A model generated the notes under the pieces. It was not told the DNA's origin. It searched no databases and saw nothing but the letters and a program-made list of their open reading frames with translations. From assembly GCA_964016885.1 (NCBI GenBank), contig OZ024749.1, forward strand, positions 36,270,001 to 36,334,000: 64,000 nt of DNA, in the 5' to 3' direction. Origin of the DNA: Eledone cirrhosa. Lineage: Eukaryota. This document shows, in pieces, positions 27,061-41,415 of this stretch (position 1 is the first letter of the stretch; every line of letters starts with the position of its first letter). Both the position numbers and the translations under genes were made by a program.

Positions 27061-28094
27061 ATACTATATCTATATACCTATGTCATTCCTGTTACAAACT
27101 GGAAACTTATCATTACTGATTCCAGCTAGCAATTAGACAGCAAAAAACAAACAAAAAAATACATTCCCCTCCCCCATCTCACTCCCTCTCTTTCTCTATG
27201 TATGTTTTCCCTTTGTTGTTCCTCTCTCTCTCCTCTATAACTTTAAAATATCTGGTAACTAGTAGTGAGCACAACAACAACACCAACAACATCTTGCCGT
27301 TTGGATTATCTTGTCAAACATTCATTTAATTTAATTCCAAACATATCTTTTTTTTTTATTTTCTGCTCTGTATTATTAGTATTATTTTCTGCTCTGTATT
27401 ATTATTATTATTATTATGAAAGAAGCAAGAGAAATAGAGAAAAAGATGAAGAATTAAAACACACACACACATATTTGTTCATTTTCTTTCTTTCTATCTG
27501 TCTACATCTCTCTCTCTGTCTATCTCAGTGTTTGTCTGTCTGTCTATTTACATCTCTCTCTCTCTCTTTTCTCTCATTCTTCACGATATTTATGCCTTCT
27601 GTGGAATACTACACGAAGTAGAACACACTAACACCCAGAACTATCAGTATTCAATATTTCAACAAAGAACTGAAGACATTGGGGAAAAAAAACAACAAAA
27701 AAAAAACAACAAACACACACCCACACACCCACACACACACACACATGTAAAACTAAAAAAAAAAAAAAAAAAAAAAAAAGAGGTAAATAGAAAAATATGG
27801 AACTAAATTATTCACGCAACATTTTTTCAAGGAATTGAAGTTTATCAGCGTCACTATCAACGTCACTAACATCAGCATTATCATCACCACTGTCATTTCT
27901 GTCGTCACCACTATCATTGTTGTCATCATCATCATCATCATTGTTGTCATCCCTATTACCTGTGCAGTTATTAATAGTATTATCATCATGTTCACCTTTG
28001 TTAAATTTTGTGACTCTATAAACTTCGTTATCCATAACATAAAGAAGAAAACAGTTGACAACTTTTCAAAGACAGTAGTAGCATTGTCTGTGAT

Positions 28095-28790
28095 CACCTG
28101 AGATTTAATTACTTGTGGTAAATTAATTTCTTCTACTGACTGGCTGTGTCTTGCGTGTTGTCATTTTATCAGTCTGTTATAGTTCCAAGTTGTCCTATTG
28201 ATACAACCAGGTAACTACAGTAGCTGCAGCATTAAGGACTCACCTGAGATCTAATTAAATGTTGTAAACTTTTTCCACTTGACTGACCGTGTGTGTCTTG
28301 TTTTTTTCTGTCGGTCTATTCTGGTTCCAGGTGGTATGTTGGATATACCTAGCGAAATGATAACTATAGCAGCAGCAGCAGCAGCATTATTAAGGACTTA
28401 CCTGAGATGTAATTAACGATGGTAACATTCCCTCACCTGGCTGACCGTGTGTTGTGTTGTTGTTGTTGTTCAGTCTATTCTGGTTAGAAGTTTTGTTGTT
28501 GTTGTTACAGCTCTCACCTATGAAGGTTTATGTGGCCTCATATGAGGTAGTATCTCAGCTAGTATGTGGAGACACCTGGAGACAATAATAGCAGCAGTAG
28601 CAGCAGCATTAAGGACTCACCTGAGATCTAATTAACTGTAGTGAATTCTTCCACCTGGCTGACCGCGTGTGTGACTTCTGTTTGTGTTACCTATCTGTAT
28701 TTGTGTATTATGGTTCCATGTTGTGCTGTATATGTACCTGGAGACACTTTAATAACAACATTAGCAGCAGCAACAGCAGCAATTACTGAG
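28095..28790. repeat. Four diverged tandem units (about 140-220 bp) anchored on TTAAGGACTCACCTGAGATCTAATTAA
   Basis: Anchors at about 28095, 28232, 28390 and 28609; shared CTGACCGTGTG, CTATTCTGGTT and (GCA)n parts. Confidence 0.8.
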
Positions 28791-30389
28791 TACTGAAGCA
28801 AGTTACTATTTCTTCTCTTGACATCCAAGTGAGTGTCACTTGAATGTCTGGCTATTATGATACTCAGCTCACCTGTGGAGATTATACCAACGATGTTGAT
28901 GTCATGGTTACACTACCGGTTCAGGCACCGTGGTAAGACGGTCAGTTTTCGCAAACATGTCGATACCATCACATACGACATAGACTATATCTGCAACTCA
29001 TTTGTAAGTTGTTTTTATTTTTCTTTCTTTGTTGGTCTGGTCAGTTCAGTGGCCTGTCGGAGCATGTTACATTTGAGAGCGAGGGGTGGAATGGGATGAT
29101 ACTTTGTCTTGCTAACATCTCCCTCCCACCCATCATTCCATCATTCCATCATTCCATCATTCCATCATACTGTCATTCTGTCTGGTTTAAGGACTGTCTG
29201 GGGTGTTGTATATATAAGTGTGGGGAGTACTGGGTCATGTCAACATCTCTGTCTCAGTATGTTCTCCTTATTGGTGGTCGCTCAATGTGGGCAGGGAAGT
29301 GTTAGTGTCTTGCTGAGGGAAGATGACACTGCTATAGTGATGGCAACTCCCTCTCACCTTACTTCTATAGTCACCACCACACTACTCCTACTGTCACTAC
29401 ATCCCCCACAACCTTACAGTCACCACCAACATCACCACCACCACACTACTCCTACTGTCACTACATCCTCCACAACCTTACAGTCACCACCAACACCACC
29501 ACCACCACCACCACCACACTACTCCTACTGTCACTACACCCCACAACCTTACAGTCACCACCAACATCACCACCACCACCACACTACTCCTACTGTCACT
29601 ACACCCCCACAACCTTACAGTCACCACCAACACCACCACCACCACCACAATGGACATCACCACAGTCATCACCTGATACTACTACTACTATAACAGTCAC
29701 CATCACTGCCACCACCAACACCACTACCAAAATACCACCACAGTCACCACCACCACCACCACCACCACCACTACAGTCAACACCAAAACTGACACCGCCG
29801 CCACCACCACCACCACCACCACCACTACAGTCAACTGACACCGCCACCACCACCACATCCATCCAAACCCTCATAACAAATTCTTATTTAAATATATTTG
29901 TTTTGTTATTGTTATTGTAGTTGTTGTTCAGAATTTATTTGTACTTAAAATAAGTTTTCAAAGTATATATTATATATGTAGACACACACACACACACACA
30001 CACTCACACACACATATATGTGCATATACACCCATATACACATATACACCCACATGCATGCGTACATTGATGTACATATGTCTATATACGTATATACACA
30101 AATACACACATGTACAATACTCAGGTATACGCCTACATGTATTTATATAGACACACACACACACACACATATATATATCACACACACACATATATATATA
30201 CAGACCAGCAGACACACAAATACACACACATGCATACATAGATCTATATAGATATATACGCAAACACACATACATGCAGATAGCTCCATACAAACGCATA
30301 CATAAACATATGCATGCACATATATACATACATACACATAGACATACACCACTTTGTAGATGAAGTTGATTCATTTCATTTCTCTAAAA

Positions 30390-31845
30390 CACCTCCACAT
30401 CACCACCATACCTCAACCACCACCATACCACAACCACCACCATACCACAACCACCACCATACCACAACCACCACCATACCACAACCACCACCATACCACA
30501 ACCACCACCATACCACCACCACCACCACCATACCTCAACCACCACCATACCACAGCCACCACCATACCTCAAGCACCACCATACCTCAAGCACCACCATA
30601 CCTCAAGCACCACCATACCTCAAGCACCACCATACCACCACCACCACCATACCTCAACCACTACCATACCACGACCACCACCATACCTCAACCACCACCA
30701 TACCTCAACCACCACCATACCTCAACCACTACCATACCACAACCACCACCATACCACAACCACCACCATACCACAACCACCACCATACCTCAACCACCAC
30801 CATACCTCAACCACCACCATACCTCAACCCCCACCATACCTCAACCCCCACCATACCTCAAGCACCACCATACCTCAAGCACCACCATACCTCAAGCACC
30901 ACCATACCTCAACCACCACCATACCACCACCACCACCATACCTCAAGCACCACCATACCACCACCATACCTCAACCACTACCATACCACGACCACCACCA
31001 TACCTCAACCACCACCATACCTCAACCACCACCATACCTCAACCCCCACCATACCTCAACCCCCACCATACCTCAAGCACCACCATACCTCAAGCACCAC
31101 CATACCTCAACCACCACCATACCACCACCACCACCATACCTCAACCACCACCATACCACCACCACCACCATACCTCAACCACCACCATACCACAACCACC
31201 ACCACCACCATACCACCACCACCATACCACAACCACCACCACCATACCACAACCACCACCACCATACCACAACCACCACCACCACCATACCACCACCACC
31301 ATACCACAACCACCACCACCACCATACCACCACCACCATACCACAACCACCACCACCACCATACCACAACCACCACCACCACCATACCACCACCACCATA
31401 CCACAACCACCACCACCACCATACCACAACCACCACCACCACCATACCACAACCACCACCACCACCACCATACCACCACCACCATACCACAACCACCACC
31501 ACCACCACAACCATCAACAACATACCATAACATCTACCACCAACATACCACAACTATCACTACCACACCACCACCACACTACTACCACCACCACCATACT
31601 ACTAGCACCGCCACCACCACCACACTACCACCACACCACCACCACACCACCACCACCACACCACCACCACCACACTACCACCACACCACCACCACCACAC
31701 CACCACCACCACACTACCACCACCAAACCACCACCACCACACCACCACCACCACACTACCACCACCACACCACCACCACACCACCACACCACCACCACCA
31801 CACCACCACCACCACCACCACCACCACCACCACTACCACCATTAC
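30390..31845. repeat. 18-bp/(CCA)n minisatellite ACCACCATACCTCAACC
   Basis: Direct read; source of the spurious 500-aa ORFs. Confidence 0.93.
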
Positions 31846-31979
31846 CAATGTCACCAGTCAGTGTAAATTAGTTGTCACCAGATGACATCAGATTTTTTTC
31901 AAAGAATTACCAAGGATTTTCCTTAGATTTCTCACAGAATTACTACAGTTGCCATAGTATTGATGATGATAGTTCACTT

Positions 31980-32207
31980 TACTACTACACCTACTGCTGC
32001 TACCACTACTACTGTTACTACTACTACTACTACAACTGGTGCTACCACTACCACTACTACTACTACTACTACTGTCACTACTACTACTACTACTACTGTC
32101 ACTACTACTACTACTGTCACTACTAATACTACTGTCACTACTACTACTACTACTACTACTAGTACTATTACTACTACCTCTACTACTACCACTACTACTA
32201 CTACTGT

Positions 32208-32243
<36 letters not shown>

Positions 32244-32590
32244 CTCTACTACTACCACTACTAATACTACTGTCACTACTACTACTACTGTCACTACTAC
32301 TACTACTGTCACTACTACTACTACTACTACTACTAGTACTATTACTACTACTTCTACTACTACCACTACTACTACTACTGTCACTACTAATACTACTGTC
32401 ACTACTACTACTACTACTACTACTAGTACTATTACTACTACCTCTACTACTACTACCACTACTAATACTACTGTCACTACTACTACTACTACTACTACTA
32501 TTACTACTACCTCTACTACTACCACTACTAATACTACTGTCACTACTACAACTAGTGCTAATACGTCCACTGCTACTACCATTACCGCTT
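31980..32590. repeat. (ACT)n imperfect microsatellite
   Basis: Direct read. Confidence 0.95.
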
Positions 32591-32669
32591 TACTACTATG
32601 TATATTCTCTGCCATATATACAAATATGGAATTATAGTACATTGATATTTGCACGTGTGTATCTGTGTG

Positions 32670-32713
32670 TGTCTTCACAGGTATATATGTATGTGTATGC
32701 ATGCACATGTTTG

Positions 32714-32753
<40 letters not shown>

Positions 32754-32863
32754 ATGTGTTCAAAGGTGTATTTGCATATGTATGCATATGTATGCATACA
32801 TGTGTGTTTGTGTAGTGTGTGTGTTCACAGGTATATATGTATGTGTATGCATGCACATGTTTG

Positions 32864-32906
<43 letters not shown>

Positions 32907-33026
32907 AGAATGTGTGTTCAAAGGTGTATTTGCATATGTATGCATATGTATGCATACATGTGTGTTTGTGTTGTGTAGTGTGTGTGTTCACAGGTATATA
33001 TGTATGTGTATGCATGCACATGTTTG

Positions 33027-33071
<45 letters not shown>

Positions 33072-33923
33072 AGAATGTGTTCAAAGGTGTATTTGCATAT
33101 GTATGCATATGTATGCATACATGTGTTTCTGTTGTGTAGTGTGTGTGTGTGAGTGTGTGTGTGTTCACAGGTATATCTGTATGCATGCATATGTTTGTGT
33201 GTAGAATGTGTGTTCAAAGGTGTATTTGCATATGTATGCATACATGTGTGTTTGTGTACAGTGTGTGTGTGTGTGTGTTCACAGATATATCTGTGTGTAT
33301 GCATGCACATGTTTGTGTGTGTGTGTGTAGAATGTGTGTTCAAAGGTGTATTTGCATTTGTATGCATACATGTGTGTTGTGTGTGTGTGTTCACAGGTAT
33401 ATCTGTATGTGTATGCATGCACGTTTGTGTGTGTGTAGAATGTGTGTTCAAAGGTGTATTTGCATTTGTATGCATACATGTGTGTTGTGCAGTGTGTGTG
33501 TGGGGGGGTTCACAGGTATATCTGTATATGTATGCATGCACATGTTTGTGTGTGTGTGTAGAACGTGTTCAAAGGTGTATTTGCATATGTATGTATACAT
33601 GTGTGTTTGTGTAGTGTGTGCAGTGTGTGTTCACAGGTATATCTGTATGTGTATGCATGCACATGTTTGTGTGTGTAGAATGTGTGTTCAAAGGTGTATG
33701 TATACATGTGTGTTTGTGTAGTGTAGTGTGTGTGTGTGGGGGGGGGGGGGATTCACAGGTATATCTGTATGTGTATGCATGCACATGTTTGTGTGTGTAG
33801 AATGTGTGTTCAAAGGTGTATTTGCATATGTATGCATACATGTGTGTTTGTGTTGTGTAGTGTGTGAGTGTGTGTGTATTTTCATAGTGTATCTGCATGT
33901 GTGTATGTGATCAAAGGTGTATC

Positions 33924-33925
<2 letters not shown>
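32670..33925. repeat. Tandem repeat of about 110-170 bp with embedded variable microsatellites
   Basis: Anchors TTCACAGGTATAT and TAGAATGTGTGTTCAAAGGTGTATTTGCAT repeated about 9 times. Confidence 0.9.
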
Positions 33926-33977
<52 letters not shown>

Positions 33978-34313
33978 CACAGGTGTATCTCTATGCATAT
34001 CTCTATGCGTATGCTCTGCATACTTGTATGTGTGTGTTCTCGGGTATGTCTGTATATGCAAGCATCCATGTGTGTGCAGAGTGAAACTGCTTGCTTTAGT
34101 AAATATGCATACAAGCGCAGACACATACACACAAACATACTGACACACACACATACAAATGCATACACTGACAGACATATGTATGCACATATACACACAC
34201 ATACTAATGACTTATCACATGCTAGTGATTCATATATACATACATACGCTGCTTACCTTCATATACACATAGGTGGACAAATTGAAGCTATACCATTTTG
34301 TTGTGTATATATA

Positions 34314-34370
<57 letters not shown>

Positions 34371-34375
<5 letters not shown>

Positions 34376-34491
34376 AAAATGTATGACCCCGACAGCAGAG
34401 CTCAAGCCGTTTCGACGGCTATTTCTGGGCAGTCCAGAAATAGCCGTCAAAACGGCTTGAGCTCTGCCGTCGGGGTTAAACATTTTCCTAT
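34371..34491. repeat. GC-rich 121-nt hairpin inside a (TA)n-flanked insert (34371-34570)
   Basis: 58-bp arms ATAGGAAAATG...ATTTCTGG / CCAGAAAT...CATTTTCCTAT, 5-nt loop, about 4 mismatches. Confidence 0.92.
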
Positions 34492-34568
34492 TACCCACTC
34501 TACTACCCTAAGTATTGAGTACTCTGGTGCGTTATGGTCCATCTGGTTCCTTACCACAACTCCTTCGT

Positions 34569-34604
<36 letters not shown>

Positions 34605-34760
34605 CAGATTAAACACACATGTAAAAATCTCTGCTCCACCTTCTTCCTATTGTCACATTTCTTTGACAGCATACTTCATTATAAACACCACACAGCTACA
34701 TAATCACACACACACACCTACACATAGCTAAACATACTAGATAGCTGTGACAGATGTGAG

Positions 34761-34793
<33 letters not shown>

Positions 34794-34881
34794 TCATACC
34801 TATATACATACCTCTCTCTTGCACTTTATATATATATATATATATATTATAATAAAATGACAGGAGGTGAACCTTCAAACC

Positions 34882-34931
<50 letters not shown>

Positions 34932-35020
34932 GTTATATTTAATTTGTTGGGATTCAACAAGCTTAAACATTTTTATAACTGATATAAAGCACTCAACAGA
35001 TAAGTGGAGTAAATATTCAA

Positions 35021-35305
35021 TCATCATCATCATCGTTTAACGTCCATATTCCATGCTTGCATGGGTTTGGACGGGAGTTTTCCCACTTGAGGCAAGAGTG
35101 GTTGTCTTGCTCGCATAGGACTGTCTGGCGGGTTTTCTACGGCTGGATGCCCTTCCTAACACCAACCACATTTACAGTGTGGACTGGGAGGTTTTTACCG
35201 TGTTACCTACATGGCCACATTACAGCGTGGACTGTGTGTTTTTTTGTCGTGACACCTACACGACCTCATTTGTTTCGAGCTGGATGTTGTGGTACCAACA
35301 TAACT
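35021..35305 (-). mobile_element. SINE family B-related element nested in copy 3
   Basis: GCTGGATGCCCTTCCTAACACCAACC motif and (CAT)n tail; possible short TSD TTCAAT. Confidence 0.75.
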
Positions 35306-35349
35306 TTCAATATATTAATAAATGGAAACTATATTTATAAAGCCATAAT

Positions 35350-35415
35350 TATTTTATTATATATATTTCAAGGGCAACCAAGGCAAATTTTGGTGCGCTT
35401 TCATCAGATAAAATA
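35350..35415 (-). ncRNA. Minimal type-I hammerhead ribozyme motif
   Basis: TATTTTAT-CTGATGA-AAGCGCACCAAAATTTGCCTTGGTTGCCCTT-GAAA-TATATA-TA-ATAAAATA; stem I fully Watson-Crick. Confidence 0.75.
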
Positions 35416-35572
35416 CAAATTTGTTTTATCAATATTGACATACCCGCATAAAGACAACCTTAACGGTTGAGTTGGCTGGATATATATATATTGCAAGCAG
35501 GGAAAAGCGGACTTAAAATGGTGGTGATGATGATGATGATGATATATATATATATACATACCTCTCTCTTGC

Positions 35573-35618
<46 letters not shown>

Positions 35619-35644
35619 TTCATACCTATATACATATCTCTCTC

Positions 35645-35703
<59 letters not shown>

Positions 35704-35736
35704 TTATTCATTCATACCTATATACATATCTCTCTC

Positions 35737-35792
<56 letters not shown>

Positions 35793-35818
35793 TTCATACC
35801 TATATACATATCTCTCTC

Positions 35819-35873
<55 letters not shown>

Positions 35874-35922
35874 TTATTCATTCATACCTATATACATATC
35901 TCTCTCACTTTATATATATATA

Positions 35923-35957
<35 letters not shown>

Positions 35958-36169
35958 CAAACTACATAATCTTGCTATTTTATATACACATGTAAAATAT
36001 CCCCCCTCCTCATTCTTACTGTCTCATTTCTGTGACAGTACTACACACTATACGTCACATGGCTATATTGTCATGCACTCACACACACAGATACAGATGC
36101 ACACACACACACACGTTCTCATGCATCAATATATACATACATGCACACACTCTCACAGAAACATTAATG

Positions 36170-37575
36170 ATTATACATATAATATATACACATACAATAT
36201 ATATACATACAATATATATACATATAATATATATACATACAATATATATACATACAATATATATACATACAATATATATACATACAATATATATACATAT
36301 AATATATATACATATAATATATATACATACAATATATATATATATACAATATATATACATACAGTATATATACATACAATATATATACATACAATATATA
36401 TACATACAATATATATACATACAATATATATACATACAATATATATACAATATATATACATACAATATACATACAATATATATACATACAATATATATAC
36501 ATACAATATATATACATATAATATATATACATATAATATATATACATATAATATATATACATATAATATATATACATACAATATATATACATATAATATA
36601 TATACATACAATATATATACATACAATATATATACATACAATATATATACATACAATATATATACATTCAATATATATACATTCAGTATATATACATACA
36701 ATATATATACATACAATATATATACATACAATATATATACATATAATATATATACATATAATATATATACATACAATATATATACATACAATATATATAC
36801 ATACAGTATATATACATACAATATATATACATACAATATATATACATACAATATATATACATACAATATATATACAATATATATACAATATATATACATA
36901 CAATATACATACAATATATATACATACAATATATATACATATAATATATATACATATAATATATATACATATAATATATATACATATAATATATATACAT
37001 ATAATATATATACATACAATATATATACATATAATATATATACATACAATATATATACATACAATATATATACATACAATATATATACATACAATATATA
37101 TACATTCAGTATATATACATACAATATATATACATACAATATATATACATACAATATATATACATATAATATATATACATATAATATATATACATACAAT
37201 ATATATACATATAATATATATACATACAATATATATACATACAATATATATACATACAGTATATATACATACAGTATATATACATACAATATATATACAT
37301 ACAATATATATACATACAATATATATACATACAATATGTATACATACAATATGTATACATACAATATATATACATACAATATATATACATATAATATATA
37401 TACATACAATATATATACATACAATATATATACATATAATATATATACATACAATACATATACATACAATATATATATACATACAATATATATATACATA
37501 CACAATACATATGCATACAATATATATACATACATACAATATATATACATACAATATATATATATATATATATAT
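36170..37575. repeat. 15-bp minisatellite AATATATATACATAC
   Basis: About 90 units; source of the 500-750 aa spurious ORFs. Confidence 0.96.
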
Positions 37576-37681
37576 ACACATGCAGATGTAGGCATGCACC
37601 CCCTTTTTTCTTGCTGCATTATAGTGGTAGCACTGTACATTATATACATGCATACCTCTATAATATACATAGCTGCACACG

Positions 37682-37717
<36 letters not shown>

Positions 37718-37802
37718 GAAAAATTGAACAGGGGCAGAACAGAGAGGCAGTACGACAAATGTTTATTAAATTCACGCTCAGGAGAGTGGGGGGTAGGTGG
37801 AG

Positions 37803-37833
37803 GACGACGTTTCGGGCATAAGCCCTTCTTCAG
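37803..37833 (-). ncRNA. Hammerhead-like core in a probable Penelope-like terminal fragment (about 37716-37900)
   Basis: CTGAAGA-AGGGC-TTAT-GCCC-GAAA-CGTC-GTC with AATAAA downstream; stem I not evident. Confidence 0.6.
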
Positions 37834-38049
37834 GTGAGAGTTCAAAAGGTGTGTAGGGGAGTGGTGGAGAGACATATAGCGAAAGGAAACGGTGCGAATG
37901 AAAAATTAACAAATAAAGACAAAAATATAATAAATAATAAATAAAAATAAAGCATGATCAAAATACAAGGAATGAGAACATTTAAAAATAAAGGCATGAT
38001 CAAAATAAACTAAAATTAAAAGGGGGGTAAACAGGTGGTGGAAGGGTGT

Positions 38050-38082
<33 letters not shown>

Positions 38083-38158
38083 ATCATCATCATCATCATC
38101 ATTTTATGTCTGCTTTTCCCTGCTTGCAAGGATACACATGCATGTATGTTCTCCCTTC

Positions 38159-38193
<35 letters not shown>

Positions 38194-38409
38194 TTACTCA
38201 TACACACGTGTTCGCTTTCTTACAACTGCGCGTACACACACACACACACACACACATACGTATATATATATATATGATGTCACCTACAGAGTCATGCCTG
38301 TAGCCTGTGTGTTGCACACATAGCTGCATAACTCTGCAGCTGTAAGTTTGAAGAATTTCCTTCAGGAAAGAAAACTAATGATGGTTAGGGTGATGCTGAT
38401 CATAGTGGT

Positions 38410-39040
38410 AATAAAAGTGCTAATGGTGCTGATGGTAGTGGTGGTGGTAGTGGTGGTGGTGGTGGTGGTGGTGGTAGTGGTGGTGGTAGTGGTGGTGGTG
38501 GTGGTGGTGGTGGTGGTGGTGGTGGTGGTGGTGGTGGTGGTGGTGGTGGTGGTGGTAGTGGTGGTGGTGGTGGTAATAGGTGATAATGACGGTGGTGGTG
38601 ATGGTGGTGGTGGTGGTGGTAATAGAGGTGATAATGGTGGTGATGGTGATGGTAGTGGTGATGGTGGTGGTGGTAAAATAGGTGATAATGACGGTGGTGG
38701 TGGTGGTGATGGTGATGGTAATAGAGGTGATAATGGTGGTGATGGTGATGGTAGTGGTGATGGTGGTGGTGGTAATAGGTGATAATGACGGTGGTGGTGG
38801 TGATGGTAATGGTAATAGAGGTGATAATGGTGGTGGTGGTGATGGTAATAGAGGTGATAATGGTGGTGGTGGTGGTGGTAATAGGTGATAATGACGGTGA
38901 TGGTAGTGGTGGTGGTGGTGGTGATGGTGATGGTAATAGAGGTGGTGGTGGTGGTGAAGGTGGTAATAGTCGTGGTGGAGGTGATGGTGGTGGTGGTGGT
39001 GGTGATAGGAATGGTGGTGGTGATGTTGGTGTGGTGGTGG
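38410..39040. repeat. (GGT)n-derived repeat
   Basis: Direct read. Confidence 0.93.
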
Positions 39041-39583
39041 AGAATAGGGTTATGCGGTGCATATTTTCGACACAATAGTTTTTCAATGTAACCTGGTCAA
39101 TTTTGTACATGTGTTTATATGTATATTTGTGTGTTTTTGTGTGAGTGTGTGTGTGTGTGTGCATGCATGCATATGTGCATACATACACACACACATACAT
39201 ACACGTGTACACATAGAAGTAGGTGTTGTAGTTTGCTTGACACATTGCATAAAGTGTAGCAAATAGTGTTTTATTAGATGTTTACCATGATGCAAATGGG
39301 ACAATAGTTGTTAAAAATGTAATAATAACAAAGTTATTGCAATGTTATTGGTTAATATATCATGGGATAAAATCCATTTTGAAATGGCAGCTTAGGAGTG
39401 TTAAAAACATATACAACACCAAATTAGTTTCTTCAATTAATCTTTTGATGAAGGGATTTTATCCTGAAATATTAAAGTAACAACCCAACATTATCATCAT
39501 CATCATATTTTTAACACTTAATGTCCAAATCACCTTGTAACTTTCTCTCTCTCCCCATATATATATATATACATATAAAATAA

Positions 39584-39673
39584 TTGTTTCTACTTTTGGC
39601 ACAAGGCCAGCAATTATCCAGTGTATTACTGGTACTTTATTTTATCGACCCCATAAGGATGAAAGGCAAAGTT
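39584..39673 (-). mobile_element. SINE family A, 5'-truncated
   Basis: TSD TATAAAATAAT at 39574 and 39673. Confidence 0.87.
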
Positions 39674-39807
39674 ATAAAATAATGGGTATAAATTGAAGTT
39701 GTAGCTACAGCACACACACACAAACAAACACACAAACACACACACACCTGTATACATGAGTATTGACTTTCATGGTTTTACATTTTACTTCAGCGTGAAC
39801 CCTTGGC

Positions 39808-39896
<89 letters not shown>

Positions 39897-40083
39897 ATAT
39901 ACATTCTATGAATTTTCCTCTAAATATTCTTGACCAATTCCACAGAAATCTCAAGTGTAATAAATAAAATACTCTCCTATTGGTATTGGTGCTTATTGCG
40001 ACTACTGCCCATTTTTAGAAGGATTTCACTAGATATGGAACTAACAACAACATTGACAACAACAAAACAATAACAATATGTAG

Positions 40084-40283
40084 NNNNNNNNNNNNNNNNN
40101 NNNNNNNNNNNNNNNNNNNNNNNNNNNNNNNNNNNNNNNNNNNNNNNNNNNNNNNNNNNNNNNNNNNNNNNNNNNNNNNNNNNNNNNNNNNNNNNNNNNN
40201 NNNNNNNNNNNNNNNNNNNNNNNNNNNNNNNNNNNNNNNNNNNNNNNNNNNNNNNNNNNNNNNNNNNNNNNNNNNNNNNNNNN
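40084..40283. other. Assembly gap (200 N)
   Basis: Run of N. Confidence 1.
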
Positions 40284-40619
40284 AAATATCAGCTGCTTTC
40301 TTCAAACTTCAGCTATAGGAGGTTTTGTAGGGTTGTTTAATGATAGGGGCACTAATCCTGTTATCTTGTTACTGTTATTACAGCACATACATAGAGGTTT
40401 AGCTGGCCTCTTATGAGGTTGAATCTAATTGAAAGTTTCTCTGGATATTTTTGATTTTTTTTTTTTCTTTTTATAAAGAATTCCAATCTTATCGTGAAAT
40501 GAAGCGTCTTGCTCAAGAACACAACACTCTATCCACCTGCTCCAAGGATTCAAACCATTATCTTATGATTGAGACTCCAACACTTAAACCACTGTACCAT
40601 ACACCTTCGCATGTTTGGA

Positions 40620-41415
40620 TTTATAGAGGATTTGATATGTGTAAATCTACATTCACAAATTTATAGGGGAGTTGATATGTGTAAATCTACATTCACAAAT
40701 TTATAGGGGAGTTGTGTGTAAATCTACATTCACAAATTTATAGGGGAGTTGATATGTGTAAATCTACATTCACAAATTTCTAGGGGAGCTGATATGTGTA
40801 AATCTACATTCACAAATTTATAGGGGAGCTGATATGTGTAAATTTACATTCACAAATTTATAGGGGAGTTGTGTGTAAATCTATATTCACAAATTTATAG
40901 GGGAGCTGATATGTGTAAATCTACATTCACAAATTTATAGGGGAGCTGATATGTGTAAATTTACATTCACAAATTTATAGGGGAGCTGATATGTGTAAAT
41001 CTACATTCACAAATTTATAGGGGAGCTGATATGTGTAAATCTACATTCACAAATTTATAGGGGAGTTGTGTGTAAATCTACATTCACAAATTTATAGGGG
41101 TGCTGATATGTGTAAATCTACATTCACAAATTTATAGGGGAGCTGATATGTGTAAATTTACATTCACAAATTTATAGGGGAGTTGTGTGTAAATCTACAT
41201 TCACAAATTTATAGGGGAGCTGATATGTGTAAATTTACATTCACAAATTTATAGGGGAGTTGTGTGTAAATCTATATTCACAAATTTATAGGGGTGCTGA
41301 TATGTGTAAATCTACATTCACAAATTTATAGGGGAGCTGATATGTGTAAATTTACATTCACAAATTTATAGGGGAGCTGATATGTGTAAATCAACATTCA
41401 CAAATTTATAGGGTG
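40620..41415. repeat. 40/37-bp minisatellite GATATGTGTAAATCTACATTCACAAATTTATAGGGGAGCT
   Basis: About 20 units with a recurring shorter variant. Confidence 0.95.

Larger units (their letters stand above)
34927..35465 (-). mobile_element. Hammerhead-bearing element copy 3, split by a SINE insertion
   Basis: 34927-35020 and 35306-35465 align to 16103-16290 and 9420-9663. Confidence 0.78.

Noticed and set aside
28873-28991. CpG-richer segment as a coding exon
   Set aside because: Stops in all minus-strand frames, no polypyrimidine tract, and the plus-strand ORF is unrecognisable.
30314-32752. Pro/Thr/His-rich ORFs resembling mucins or extensins
   Set aside because: Several frames are open simultaneously over CCA/ACT repeats; no signal peptide or splice context.
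35467-37875. Long ORFs of 519-749 aa
   Set aside because: Translations of (TA)n and a 15-bp minisatellite; open on both strands with no domain.
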